A stretch of DNA of 64,000 nt from Podarcis erhardii (Eukaryota), in the NCBI GenBank assembly GCA_964252035.1, contig OZ176202.1. One strand, written 5' to 3'. The translations under genes were made by a program, and so were the position numbers. Below are positions 13,990 to 27,899 of the stretch, piece by piece (position 1 is the first letter of the stretch; the number at the start of each line of letters is the position of its first letter). The notes beneath the pieces were generated by a model, which saw nothing but the letters and a program-made list of their open reading frames with translations, was not told where the DNA came from and ran no database searches.

Positions 13990-14140
13990 TGACTAATTAA
14001 ACAATCAATGGTCTTTTAAACTGTGGGGGGTGGTATTATTTTGATTGTTACTATGTTATGCATTTTGGGGTTTTAATGTAAACCATCCTGTGATCCACGG
14101 ATGAAGGGGAGTACAGAAATTTAATAAATAATAACAATAA
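13990..14140 (+). mobile_element. L2 LINE 3' end
   Basis: tgtaaaccatcctgtgatccacggatgaaggggagtacagaaatttaataaataataa is an L2-type terminal stem-loop followed by a (TAA)n tail. Confidence 0.7.
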
Positions 14141-17100
14141 CTAAAAGTGATCAAAACTATAAATCAACAAATTAGAATACACAAATGACATAACATTAGC
14201 CAAGGTAAAGCATCAAAATATATTGGGTGAGACTGAAGTCTGCAATCACATTACTTCTTGACTGACATTTACTTCATTGCACATCAGGAAGGCAATGGTT
14301 CATAGACCATAAAACAATATGCATTGGGAGCAGAAAATTCAGATTCTAATGTCTCCCTTACAACCGATGTTAGAGGTTTCAGACTCAGATTTTAATTTTT
14401 CGCAGAGCCGTTGCAAAAAGAGCCACCCTGATGTCACAAAAATTTGGGACCAGATTTGCTTCACTGATGCATTACAACACACCAGCCCCACTCCAAGCAC
14501 TTCTTCTTATGCACATAAAGGCAGTCTTGCAACATGAAACAGAAAACCGAGAAGCTGATCAAGATTAGGCTCGAAATGGGTGTTGCTGGGACACGTGGAG
14601 GTTCCTAGTAGTAAATTACAAACCTTGGCTTCTTCACCTGGATTTATGATACCCAGATAACATCAGATCCAGCACTTGCTTATGAAGGAAGGAGCAGCAA
14701 TGTACAAAGGCATGCAGGCGTTCAAAGTTTCAGAATGGAGCTGAGTAAAACCTTTCAGGGCCTTGTGTTTTTTCAAAAGCCAAAGAAAACAGCCCTCATT
14801 TCTCACTCTTGCCTGCCCCCCTCCCCCACCTTTCCACGTTGCCAGTGAAACAGCAGCCCAGCAACTCAACTTTTCTCATAGCATTTCCTCCTCCTTCAGG
14901 AAAACAACAACAACATTCTTTTATTGTTGCTCAGCCTTTTGGGGCTTTTTTGAAATATGGTCACAACCTAAGTGCGTTTATGAAATCGAACTGCAACAGT
15001 TGAGAGACCTGCCTCTAAATGGGTTTCTATTGAGAGTGTCTCCCTGCAGAGCACCATAATTCAATGTGTGAGGAACAGGTTATCTGAACTGGTCAGGCGG
15101 TGGATCTGCTTTGCTTTCGCCCTCCACCCTATTTCCTGTTACAAAGTCAGGAAACCATTACCATTAAGCAAAAGCTACAAATATAATTTCCTTCATACTA
15201 AATGAGCTGTTTTATGACTAAGGTTAGGAGAAGGTTGTACTCCAGTAGTGCATATAGGCCTCATTAGGAGACATAAATAATTATCGTCACCACTTTGAGG
15301 GGGGAAATGCCTGGTTAATGTGTGTGCAGCAGCATGAGGTAGTCGAATCCTGAGGTGGCGGAATGAACTCACTTAAGGCACCACAAAGGCTTTCAATGTC
15401 CCCAAATGTAAATTGGTCCCTGCAAGAATAAAACTAGAGAGGCAGGTTTCTAGCCCTCCCTGTTGTTCCAGTTGAAGGTATTTTTTTTAATATATCATTC
15501 CAGTTTTCAGGGAGTTTTTATAGTAGGGAGGCATTGAAAATGTAATGCCCACCTGCAGACTGAAGTAACAAAGTTCAGTTTACTACCTCAGGACTGCATC
15601 ACTTCACTCAGATACATATGCAGACCACCAGGCCTTAGCATTGGGGGACAAAAGGCTCAGTTTGCTTATCCAATGTTTTAAAATGTACAAACCAAATGCA
15701 AGCAGGGTGGCCCCAAAAAATAAAATGAAAGGGGATGAAAGAGGATACTGGTTTGCAGAAAACTGGCATGTGGTGATTTGTGGGTACAGATGCCAATTTA
15801 GGGATGATTATTATAATTAAAATAGAAATGCAATCCTTTAATGGGAAAGGCTGTGACCAGTGTGTCTGCTGCAACGCCAAAGCCCAACCTTTCTCTTCTG
15901 GTATTTTATCATTAAACCAGACTTGGACCAGACAGCCCTTTGAGCAGAGGACCCCTTGAAACAGAGGATTGTCCTCTGACAGCCCTCCAAAACAGAGGAG
16001 TGCCTTCTGTAAAATATGATAGCTGGCCGCCTAAAAATACAACTGTACATTCTGAACCCTGTGCTAGGCAGGAGGGGGCTGCTTTGCACTTTGTCACCAA
16101 TATACCGGTAACTTTTGATCCATAGCCTTTGTAACTCTGTAGTCAAGGTGCGTTCATGAGAGCTAGAGTTGTAACAAGCAGAGAAAAAAGAAAAATCTGA
16201 ATCAAATACCTTGAAATTAAAGCTGCACCTTACTTGCCTTACTAACTTCCTCTGAAGCATGTTCGGTTGTAATGCTGTTGGCAGGAAACTGTGGTGTTTT
16301 TCTGGTACAAATTGTGAGAACATATATCAAAAGAGCAAAACCACATGCTGCAGTTTGCAGGAGCAAGTCAGCACTGAGCCGTGAAACATCTCTCCACTTT
16401 GCTTGCACTTCACAAAACCTAAAAAGGCACACACAAAAAGAGACCACTGATATCACAACCTGCTGTTAGATGGGTGAAAATTTGCACTGTTAATGGGCAT
16501 CTACTCGGGAGGATTAGCACTTACACTAATCTCTAGGAGATCTACTTATGAAAGTCATCATATACTTACTGAGTGCTGTTAAGTACTGAGTGTAAATAAC
16601 CTGTCTTATCCAAGAATTTCCATGTTTGCTGGAAGAGACACTGCATTTTAAATAAAATGTTAGGATAGCTATCCTACATCAGTTCTGTAGAGCCAGATAA
16701 GTCGCTGACCTTTAGAAGACTTGCTCAAGCCACAATCTTCAAACTAATGTGTGACTTCACATAGTACAGTATTTTAAAAAGTATTTGCAGTGCTTTTTTC
16801 TGGGAAAAAAATGTTTAGGGGTACTCTCATTATCCTACTCATATTGAAATACCGCCCATCAATGAGGCCAAACTTAGATTCACAAAATGTTTAGGGGTAT
16901 GCATCCCCTTGCATCCCCCCAGAAAGGGGGAAGGCCAGTGTGTCTGCTGGGTATTTGTACATAGTATGTCCCAGGAAGGAACACATTTAAATGGAAGAGA
17001 CATGTCTGCAGTTGCCTGACCTGTGGTTGGCTGTGTGCCTCCAGACACCCGATTGGGAAAGACAGTGGTCATAACTCTATTCTGTATCCTTGGAAGTGGC

Positions 17101-17272
17101 CCAAGCCACATAGCTTTCTTCTGTGATTCACAACATTCTTGCAGATCTGTGCTTTCTGTTTATTTAAGCAATTTTCATAGGAACACAGAAATCTGCTAAA
17201 TGAGGCTATTAATTTAGCTCTCCAGGTTTTCAGGCTGGTGCCTTTCCTAGCCCTACTGGGAGATGGCAGGAC

Positions 17273-17445
17273 TAAGAATATAAGAAGAGCCCTGCCGAAT
17301 CTGACCGAAGGCCCACCTAGTCCAGACATCCTGTTCTCAGTGACCCATCAGACACCTATGGGAAGCCCATAAGCAGGATATGAGTGTAGCAGCAATCGCC
17401 AGCAACTGGCATTCAGAGGCATGCCACCACCAACACCAGAGCCGG
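17273..17445 (-). mobile_element. CR1-type 3' end or CR1-tailed SINE remnant
   Basis: aagaatataagaagagccctg...ggcccacctagtccagacatcctgttctc is the reverse complement of the common squamate CR1-like tail. Confidence 0.65.
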
Positions 17446-17759
17446 TGCACAACCTCCTTGTACACTAGTAGTGCGGAAAGAGGGCGGTAAATTGTGTTCC
17501 ACCTCATGTGGAATTCCGCCCAGCTGATATGTAGAAGGTCTCATCACTTGGCCATTAAACAGGCATAACAGATGGAGTTTTCTTCTCCTAAGGCACGCAT
17601 GGGGAACCTTTTCAATGACTGCATTTGATCAACAGCTGTGCCTTTTAACCATTGCACAGTAGGCCACATTCCAGTTATGCAACAGGCAGAGGTTTCTACA
17701 CAGACACCCTCTTTCCAGACAAGCAAGAGGCATCACAGTTGAAAGACACATCCCAGCCA

Positions 17760-17935
17760 GGTACTTGACCAGAGTGCAGAGCAGAGCTGGGGAAGAGGAG
17801 TGATCTGGGCAGAGTCCCAGATAGGACCAAGAAAGAGACTCCTGCCTAGCTGAAACCCTGGAGGGCTGTTGCCAGTCAGTGCTGAGCTAGATGGACCAAC
17901 GATCTGACTCAATATAAGGCAGCTTCCTATGTAAA
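17760..17935 (+). mobile_element. SINE 3' half (tRNA-derived family with a CR1-like tail)
   Basis: gaaaccctggag...gccagtcagtg...ctgagctagatggaccaacgatctgactcaatataaggcagcttcctatgt is shared with the 27900 and 55110 copies. Confidence 0.7.
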
Positions 17936-18879
17936 TAATGGCAACAATAATATGCACACAGAAGTTTTGGAAGATATGCAGAAGCATTCAAATACACCCA
18001 GAGTGGGCTTAATAAGCTAGAAAACCCAAATTCCCATTCCAGGAAGTTAGTAAGCAATAGGCAACAGATAGACAGCATGGCTTTTAGAAAAGGTGACGAG
18101 GTCACTGAAAAGTAAACACTGATTTCAATAGGATACTATACCATGCTTGACTTTCATGAGACACATACTTTTACCCATTACTGAGTGGGGAGCCCGATGA
18201 ACTTTCCAGGTAGTGTAAAGGACCAAAGAGACACTCTTATAGCTGTGGGACGCACCATATTTACACACCCTTTCCAAAGACTGTGCTGTACATTTTGCTT
18301 CCTGCCTCCACGTGATAATTTGTACAAACAGATGCTCACCGTGGATTGCTTTAATAGGTGCTAATTGTACAGATAGCACCCCAGATGCTTAGAAAGCCAT
18401 CCTAGTTCCATTATGTTAATAGTGGAATTGTGCAACATGACCCTTTGCATAATGGAACATACTTGGATTCCCCTTCTGTGCAGTGCCTAAGCCCACTGTA
18501 ACCAACAATCTAATAGTTTAGGATTGTGGCCTAGGAATCCAAAGCACTCTAGAGGTTTAAAAAAGAAATATTTAAACCCATGCAACAAAGTGTCAACATC
18601 ACACTCTGCTCACATTCACATTTTCCATAGTGAGGAAAGGAAACTAGGTAGGGCAGGGTTGGACCTGGCCCACAGCACAGATGGAACACAGAATGCAATT
18701 ATATCCAGCACATTGCTGACAATTTGTTTGCGGGATCCCAGGCCCAGCCAGCTGTACTTATGGCAATCCACTATAGCCTGTGCCTAACATCGTATAAATT
18801 ATCAGAGAATAGACGGTTCCTCTGGATGATGTTAAAGTAAAATAAATATAATTTTGTCCAGGAGGTAATATTACCTCTG

Positions 18880-19210
18880 GGACACCTCAGGACTTCATGG
18901 CCATCATGACAACCACACAGCTGTCCTAAGATGCCATGGGCCTGATGTGTGATGTGGCACCCTGGTTTTCTTGACTGGGCAGGAATAAATGTGATCTAAA
19001 AGTGGAGGATATTAACATCAGTCCCTTGTCATGGTCAAATCACCTCCTGTAGAATTTTAGGCTTTCAGCAGTCCCCCGCCCCCCCCTGCAGAAGCTGATG
19101 GATTCAACTGGTTTTCAGATGGCCCTGGGGGATATTTCAGCTAATATGACTGGCACTTCTGTAGAAACTCTGGCCAATGTGTGGAATATACAATCCAGGC
19201 CTTCTTGGAT
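18880..19210 (+). mobile_element. L2 LINE endonuclease/linker remnant
   Basis: Translates in part as SPLSWSNHLL and LMDSTGFQMALGDISANMTGTSVETLANVWN, like squamate L2 ORF2. Confidence 0.7.
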
Positions 19211-19283
19211 GAAACCAATTTTCTAGATCCATTTCAATTGGGGTTCTGAGAATGTAGAATATATTGCTGCAAATATATATATA

Positions 19284-19333
19284 TTTCCTATATTTCTGAA
19301 ATATATATATATATATTTCAGAAATATAGGAAA
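19284..19333. repeat. Perfect 50-bp palindrome centred on (AT)8
   Basis: tttcctatatttctgaa-(at)8-ttcagaaatataggaaa equals its own reverse complement (checked base by base). Confidence 0.95.
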
Positions 19334-22300
19334 ATAAATAGGAACCATCCTAGGAACCAATAATGCATCATAAGTTACAGCACAAAGGGAACTTCATAAG
19401 CAACTTAGTAGTTTCCACTATCTAGGAACATATGATGTTCAGACTATTCAACACTCTTTTCATCACTCTCTGAAAAGTGCTAACATTCCTGTCATCAATG
19501 ATGGGATTTTCTATTCAGCCACACCTATTTATTATCTGTATAGCAACTAATGCAAATGTGGCAAGAACAGAAAGAAATTGGGCATTAACTTCTCTGCCGA
19601 TTATATTTCATGCTGCCTTATTTTGTTCCAGTTGCATCTTATTGGACAAAAAGGAAGGAATGCCAATACACTGTTGATAAGCAATTGTTTAAAGTGCTAT
19701 GCCCAGTTTTTATGGTGAGTATTTAAGTATGGGAAATGAAAATCAATAGCTGAGCAATGAGGCATGCAGGTTGGAGAGACGTGAGTGGAAATGGAGTATT
19801 GGTGTTAAACAGTACTAACAGGGCTTATAATTTACGGTTGAATTTGGTTTTCTTTCTTTTGGAATCAGAAAAACAAGTTGGCACATTTTCAGCCCCTTTA
19901 TTTATCATTTGGTATTTAAGACAAATATACAGGGACTGTATAAACAACCCCAGCTTTTTATTAAAAACACCACAATTTGTTTTTTCCATTCTTGAACCTA
20001 GGAACTTCTGCACATAAAACAGGTGCTCTGCTACTGAGCTATGGCCCCAACCCCTGCGTCCAGTGGGGCTTACTCCTTGTAGGATTCAGTATTAAAATAT
20101 GCTTTAGCTCCATATCTGACAACACTTACACTGGCCAATGCATCTGACCACCTTTATAGGGCTGCTTGAGTAGAAACCATCTGGTGTGGTGATTGTGGAA
20201 ACTATTCCATTTCCCCTAGAGAAACACTTGTGGAGGCTGAGCAGTCGGATCAATGGGTTTATAGGCTAATCCAGTTTAGCAAATCCTGTGAAATGCTACA
20301 TTCATGGGTGTGTGTGTGTGTGTGTGAATAATAAAAGAAACCTCTTCTGAATATCACTGAGGAGACCACTATTGATCGATCCATTGGAGAGTCAAAAAAT
20401 TAAAATGCAGAGGTTTCAGGATGCATGTAACCAAACAGCCTACATATTAAGAATGAGCAGAAAAGGCAAAAGCAAACAAAATGGAATAAGTGGAGGGGTG
20501 GGGTGAAGTGGGTGCAGGAAGGAGACAATCCCTCCATAAGCCACTGCCACATAAACAATATACATATCCCCAAAGATGCATACTAAAGAGAAAGGCACAA
20601 TACTTTTCTTCCATTGCAGACTGTCCTTGAGCCCAGCTCCCCATGGGGTGACTTAGAAGCTTTTGAAAGGGAGTTTTTTAAAAAATGAACGGGAAATAGG
20701 TTTCATTTGAATATCTATTTAAAAAACTGTATTGAAGTCAGTTTATAGACAGCCCCATAAAGCTGTCTGTCAAGCGGCGACCCAATCTGGGTGAGAAATC
20801 TGTTCAATTAAAAAGGAAAGATCACTCCAGATGGAATTGGCTGGATGAACGGCCAGCTACTCAGAGATAGGATTCTCTCTTCAAAGGGGAGATACCAGGA
20901 GCGCAACAAAAATGTATAAAAATGCAAGTGCCAACAATTTCTGGGTTATTTTGTTTGGGTTTTGTCTGAAGTCATGACAGGTTTCTCAGCCACCTGAGCC
21001 TCATTACTCTCAGGAGAAGGAATGGCCTTCAACACACCAGCCTCTACAAAAAAGAGGCCTGACTGGCTAATTTGATATTTCTCCACCATTAATATTAATC
21101 TTTTCACTCAAGTGACACCAAATGCGACCTGTCAGATTTGCCTCCCCTGCTGCTTTCTGTTTTGGTTTGAGAAAGTCAGGCTGAAATGGCAGCTTTAGCT
21201 GATGCAATTCACAGATCATTGCCATCCGGAAGCAGCTTTTGTGTAATGAGATTGGAAAGTCAAGCCATCTAGCCTTAGCCTCTGCAGAGCGCTACTGATT
21301 TCCTACAGAACCTGAGTTGGTATCAGCCTTCAGTTGGTTTTTGTGTCAGCCAATTCTATAAGAATACAAATTTAAAAGGTAATGAAATGGGATTCAAAAT
21401 TTAAAGGACAGTAAAATGAGTGGCACATTTTCATCTCCCAAGATGGAGCCAGAATGAAACCATTCCAGTATGAATTCATTATCCAAAATGAAGTTGTCAC
21501 ACAAGTCAGTAGAGAACTGCATCTGGATTGCGAAACCAAAGACTAATATGAGGAGACATTCAGCATGTCTGGTCTTCCAGTTACTGTTGGACATTCCCCG
21601 ACCACCTACCTTGCTGTCTGAGACTGATGGGATAACATCTGGATAGTCACAAGTCCCTCATCTCAGGCTTAGGAAACACACCTGTCAGGAAGCCCAACCA
21701 GGAGGTTGTTGTCTCAGAAAAACAACAGGGACAAAGATACAACTACGTCAAGTGCCACCTAGTGACTAAATTATATAATGACAGACACCCTGATTACAAA
21801 TAGATTTCTGTACATATAGCTGTTCAGGATGCATGGCAGCAGAAAATAGCTTTTCATATGGGCCTTGACAGGTTTCTACAAGAACATACAATATTTTGCA
21901 ACTGATCAGGTAGGACTGTTACAGGAAGCCAATGCATGCTTCCTCAGAAGTAAGGCTTTGTCTAAGGCAGCTTCCTACCTAATTACAGTAATCTGATTAG
22001 GATGGCAGCTCTACAGAATGACCCCATTTAGTTGAGTGTGGTTGCATTACCTGAGAGTAAGCCCATGGAACTCAGTGGGGCTTCTGAGAAGACATATATA
22101 GGACTGCACTGTAAGGCAAGCCAGCACCTATTTGGATACAAAGCAGGATTTACTTTGAAGTAAACATTTATAGGAGGATTAAGACGGCCAGTTCCACTAG
22201 GATGCAAGATATATTTCTATATCCAACAGACGTAGCTTAAGGGGAAAGCTCTTGGCTGTTGCAGCTGGAGAAAAAAATACTGACATTGCTAGGTAACTAA

Positions 22301-23904
22301 AAGTGATACATCTCTGGTGCTTTCTATGAACACATGCTCACCACGCGCAGATCTTTTTTTTGTGTGTGTGTAGCATTTCAATATTTATCTGGTGTAAATC
22401 TGATACACACACACAATATTACATTCTTACTAAACATTGCTTCATATTGCTTAAAAAAACCCAATCCTGAATCAATAATTCAAGGAGGCGAATGTGTGTT
22501 TCCTGTATAGTACATGCTAAAACCAGTGAAGGGCAAAACTAAAATGAAAGAGAATGACTGAATCGCCAAGAGTAATAGGAGAATATCAAGGCTTGGGAAG
22601 ATGACATAAGGCAGGAAGGCAGGAAAAGGTTGTGTGGTTACTACCCGCATGCAAATCAATCCCTTTGTCAATGTCTGCAGCACATCTCTTTGAAGGATGA
22701 GTCACTGATTGAGTCATAGGTAAGTATACTTAATTGATTTGATAAGGGTGAGTGGGTGGGAAATGGAACTGGGGGATTATCCTTATATTTTGTACAGTTT
22801 ATGACTAGCTAGCAAAGAGTTTCAGCTCCAGGTGAGTCATTTGCTGCAGAGAAGCAGACTGAATTCAACATTCAGACTAAAAAAATAATAATCTAAGAAC
22901 AATAATGGGGATTTGCAAAATTATAAAATTGCCAATTTTGAAAAAAAATGCCAAGAAAGAGAGAGATTTGGAGCTGTATAAGCTTTATCTAAAGTCCTTC
23001 TCCAATATATTGCCATGAAGAAGTCATATGAACACACGGGGGGCGGGGGCAGGAGAAGGCGAGGGAAAGAAATATTTATCAGGGGTGTGTGACTGCAAAT
23101 TGATGAACTGGGGTCTTGATTCTGAATTTCAACACGTAACAGGAATGTTGAAAGCATTGCTGGAATAACCATGAAATAGGATAGCCCTTGAAGTAGTTCT
23201 GCGGCAAAATCTGAACTTATATTACAATTGAAAGTAGTTGACTTGTATTATAGCAGGATATATGAAATATACATTTATGGGATTTAAGGCAGCAATATAC
23301 TTACCTAGGAATGAGTCACACTGAATTAAGTGTGGCTTACTTCCAACTAGATATGTATAGGATCACACTGTAAGTTTACATATGAAAAAGCTACATTGAA
23401 TTCCAAATAATACCCTAAAGATGCAGCAACTGTGAAGTAAATTAAGCAATCTTTCATCCTTAACTATGGACTTAAGAGCTTTGATTTCAGCTAGTACTGG
23501 ATACATTAATATAGTTAATCATTAGATTAATCAAAGATAGCTTTAATTGCAGATTAATACTTGCCATTAATTGCATGTTGGAACAGAAAACAAAGAAAAC
23601 TCAGTTTTTCTGAGAGGCATGCCATGCGTACATGTCACAGAGGCCCTGGAACCTGCATCAAATTTGACTTTTAAACAATTCCCTCTCCCAGTTTGTCTGT
23701 TCAAAAATGAGGTGTTATTCCCTACCCGCTCCCAATGGTAAAATTAAGGCTTTTCTATTAATAATTTGAAGAACAACAGGCTACAACGTATACCCAAATA
23801 TTCCACAGGACAAAAGGGTCTTGAACTTCTTGCTTCTCATTCTATTGTGATATGGAATAAATAATATTTCCTATGACATTGAAGCAATTTTGATTCCCAG
23901 TCTA

Positions 23905-24215
23905 CAGTGGTGCCCCGCAAGACGAATGCCTCGCAAGACGAAAAACCCGCTAGACGAAAGGGTTTTCCGTTTTTTGAGGCGCTTCGCAAGACGAATTTCC
24001 CTATGGGCTTGCTTCGCAAGACGAAAACGTCTTGCGAGTCTTGCGAGTTTTTTCCCTTCTCCCCCCTTTTCTAAGCCGCTAAGCCGCTAATAGCCGCTAA
24101 GCCGCTAATAGCGCTAATCCGCTAAGCCGCTAATAGGGATGCTTCGCAAGACGAAAAAACCGCTAGACGAAGAGACTCGCGGAACGGATTATTTTCGTCT
24201 TGCAAGGCACCACTG
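23905..24215. mobile_element. Tigger/pogo-like MITE, 311 bp, with an internal (TAAGCCGC/TAATAGCCGC)n array
   Basis: TIR CAGTGGTGCCCCGCAAGACG ... CGTCTTGCAAGGCACCACTG; TA target duplication; many internal GCAAGACG motifs. Confidence 0.93.
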
Positions 24216-24315
24216 TATTGCGATAACAAGTGAAGAATATTATTTATTTCAAAATTGAGAAAGAAAATCTTAAAGAGGAGCAGTTGGATTTTATTTGTCA
24301 GGCTGTAAATTATTG

Positions 24316-24426
24316 GCCAAGGTTGCAGGTTTGATCTCCGTAAGGGATAGCTGAATATTCCTACATTGCAGGGGGTTGAAACAGATCATCCTCAGAGTCC
24401 CGTCCAACTATATGATTCTATGATTC
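24316..24426 (+). mobile_element. 5'-truncated tRNA-head, CR1-tail SINE
   Basis: gccaaggttgcaggtttgatctccgtaagggatag...gggggttgaa...atgattctatgattc; same family as the 48399 copy. Confidence 0.75.
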
Positions 24427-24628
24427 ATATACTTGGGGCTGGTTCATACCAATACAGTGGGTATATGTATTGGATTTGAATGGATTTTCATGGAGTTTGA
24501 CGGGTCCCCCAAGGGAGCTTCCCTTAACTTGCTTTTTTCCCCAAAATATTTTATTGGTTTTTTCACAAACATAAATAAAACTTGATCTTTTACAATCATA
24601 ATATTATATCATCTTATTTACACTGCGT

Positions 24629-24861
24629 GAGTTCACGGGTTCCTGTCTCCGCTCCTCCACATGCAGCTGCTGGGTGACCTTGGGCCAGTCACACTTCTCT
24701 GAAGTCTCTCAGCCCCACTCACCTCACAGAGTGTTTGTTGTGGGGGAGGAAGGGAAAGGAGAATGTTAACCACTTTGAGACTCCTTCGGGTAGTGATAAA
24801 GCGGGATATCAAACCCAAACTCCTCTTCTTCTTCTTCTCCTTCTTCTTCTTCTTCTTCCTT
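24629..24861 (+). mobile_element. Squam3-like (MIR/Ther1-derived CORE) SINE, 5'-truncated, with a (TTC)n tail
   Basis: CORE-like gggtgaccttgggccagtcacacttctct...ctcagcccc, an L2-like 3' end (cactttgagactcc...aagcgggatat) and a TTC tail. Confidence 0.82.
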
Positions 24862-25739
24862 CCCTGCTTCGGTTTTATTAGTTTATATCTTCTCTGCCTT
24901 AACTTGCTGATACTTCTTCCTTGGGTGCAGATGGTGTTGTTTTAGCTACATAAGGATCAGCATCCAGAGAACTGAGTTTGTTGTTGTTTTGAGTTGCTGC
25001 CACAATGGATAGAGCAGCCTGTGAAGCCAACATCAAAAATCAAAGACAAGCTTTCTGCATGCAAGTGATTTCTCTTGATCGGAACCTAATGGGTTAATAA
25101 CTGCATGTTGAAAAACCTTGAGGTGGCTAGAATGCTGGGCAGCTGCAGACATGCTCCACCAGAGGCATTAAAGCTTAGTACTTCCTTAAGATGCACAATA
25201 GACGATGCACACTATAAATCAACCTGCACTTATTATGTCAGCTCAGGTTTGATTCTGCTTTTCAGTTTGTATTGGGGAAAACCGAGATCTATCTGGAAGA
25301 AGACTATTTATTAACCTCCTGCCAGAGGCACTAAGGAGATACTTACTTATGAAAAGAAGTGATTTTGCTTTTGCTTGGGTGAACATCAGCACAATGGTAA
25401 GCTGCTTGCTAAAGGCTTTTAGTTTAAAAATACCTAAAGCAAAAATGGTAGAAAAGTGAGTGGTCTAGAAAGGGTCAATTTAACACAAAGGGCCTTTCTC
25501 CAGAAATGTAGAGATTAACATCGTGCCAGAAGCAAAGTTCAAATATATTACTGTTGCTTGAATGGTGCTTTGGCTGCAGTTTCCTTCTCTGAGTCACAAT
25601 TTCCAGCAACTTTATCAAACTACAGTTCCCAGGATTCTTTGGGGGAAGCCATGTGCTATAATGTGCATTGTATGTTACATATTTTTGTAAGTTACATATT
25701 TATGTTAGAAGATTAACTATTTCACAATTCCTACCCACA

Positions 25740-26640
25740 ACTCTTGGATGAATGCCATTGAGGTCTGGTGATTTGTCAGTTTTTATTTCGTCAATAAGGC
25801 CTAGAACTTTGTCACAACTATTTCCTTCAATTCCTCACTCTCTCCTAGAGTTAATTCAGGCTCGGGAATCGGCCCTATATCTTCTGCTGTGAAGATAAAG
25901 GAAAAGAATTCATTCAGCTTCTCTGCAATCTTCTTTTCCTCTGTTTGCAGATCTTTGATTCCCATGTCACCAAGGTCCAACTGCCTCCCTAGACAGTCTC
26001 TTGCTACTAAGGCATTTAAATATGTTGCTGATGGTGGCCGTTATGCTTTTAGCAATGTGCACCTCAAATTCCTTTTTAGCATGCTTTCTTGTCTGTGTGC
26101 ATTTTCCTTTGCAAAGTTTGTGTTCCTTTTTGTTCTCATTATTTTGAAAGAAGTGTCTGTGAACCTGGGAGTTTTGAGGATGTTCAGAAACTGAACTAAA
26201 TCTCAGAGTGTCGCCTGCAAAAGCTTCTCTGACCCTCTTGTTCACCACAGTGGCATCCCCCTGGCCCCAGTGGTACATTCCCTGATCTTCCATATGTACT
26301 CCAGTTGAGCTTGGAATATTGTATTTTTAAAGCCTTTTGGAAATATTAGACCCTCTTGACCTTGCCTTTTGACTTCCTTTTTACCAATCCCTTTATTCTG
26401 GGGAAGGGAAACTGTATTTTTAGCAATACCTTTCACCAGTTTGAAGTTGAATGTGATGACCATTTTGCATGTTCTTGGCAATTGGCATTTTACATATATA
26501 TTTAATAGCACTGTGCTCACTGTTCCCAATTGTTTCAGTAGCACTTACACCACATTCTGGGCGCCATGTACAAGCTCAGAGATCTAGCTTGAATGGCCTG
26601 TGGTTTCTCTTTTGGGCTTCTACAGGTCTTTGTATCACTT
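25740..26640 (-). mobile_element. CR1 LINE ORF2 remnant (end of the endonuclease through the pre-RT linker)
   Basis: Frameshifted translations QLGNSEHSAI, TRKHAKKEFEVHIAKSI...REAVGP and AEKLNEFFSFIFTAED match CR1 ORF2 motifs. Confidence 0.85.
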
Positions 26641-27899
26641 GTACTGTTTGCAATAAGATAGCTGCCTGGGAAGAGCTTTTTCAGTGCCCTTCCTGCATTT
26701 CAACGTTTTTTTCATCCTCCTTCTCCTCCAGTCTTGGAGAGTGGGAATTCATCAAGGTCCACAGTGACGTGAATACAAGGAGAACTGAAAGTGATCCGAT
26801 GTTGGAGAAAGTGCCTCAGATTTACTTGCCTCAGCACTTTCTGCTCCTCCAGCACGAAGGATCTTCTTACATAGGCAGAAGCAAAATAAATGTCATTCAA
26901 TGACACTTTCTCCTTGGACAAAGCAGACAAAGGGAGGCAGGGTGAGAGAATCCTTTTTTTTCTTTCCTTTCCTAAGCGGCTTTATTTGAAGGAATCCAAG
27001 TTCAGCTAATTAGTATGCTTGATTAGAAGGCAAGGACCAGGACCCTTTCCAGAACTTACACAAGGAGTCGTTGTATGCTTGCCCATAGGAAGCTACCATA
27101 TGCATTGTTCCATGTAACTCAGTACTGCCTACAATGAATGGCAGCACCAGTCCAAGTTTTTAGATGGGGGACATTTTCATCCAATCCCAATGCCAGGGAT
27201 TATACCTGGGACCTTTTGCACATGCTCTACCTCTGAGCCACGTCCCTTCTATCTAGTCCAGTATTGTCTACAGACAGCTAGCAGCTGCTTTCAAGGTGAG
27301 GGTCTTACCCAGAAGCCTGTGTGAGGTGAGTGGTGGTGGGGACAGCAGGACTGGGGAAGGAAATGGCATGAGAAATGGTGGCTGCCTTCTCTTCTGCTGC
27401 AACGGCAGAATTGAAAGCATATGAATGTTCTTTGGCTTGCAACCTTGTCTCCAGAGGAGACGAAATAAAATATGCAGGCAGCTATGCATGCATTAACTGC
27501 ATTATTAACACAGTTGCCTGCCTCTATTAAGCTAGAGAGACAAGAATAAATATCCAGATGATGACTGAAGACATCCTTTGCCAACCTGGTGCCATCGAGA
27601 TGTTTTGGAGTCGACATGCCAGCTGGGACAGATGGAAGTTGTAGTGTAAAAATCAGGGAGGCTGGCAAAGGCTGATCTGTGAATTCTTGGTGAAGGGTAC
27701 TGGAAGTCATTTCCCCCTCAAAGCCAAGTGGGATGCTGCATGAGCGCCCTGCGGTTGCCAATTTTTCAACTGGCTCCATTTGGTGTGCCTTTCACCACTG
27801 ATTTGCAGACCTTAGCAGGTGGAGCAATGCTCCATGCTGTGAAAAGGCTTCAACTACTGGCTCCTGCTTATCAAATGACTCTTAAGAAGTCATCCCTGC

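Noticed and set aside
24070-24135. Short regularly repeated units resembling a CRISPR or iteron array (also 40241-40297)
   Set aside because: These are 8/10-bp units with no unique spacers, inside a TA-flanked eukaryotic MITE.
25889-26930. Cluster of 70-140 aa ORFs that might be a gene
   Set aside because: The minus-strand pieces are frameshifted CR1 ORF2 remnants; the plus-strand ORFs are their antisense shadows.
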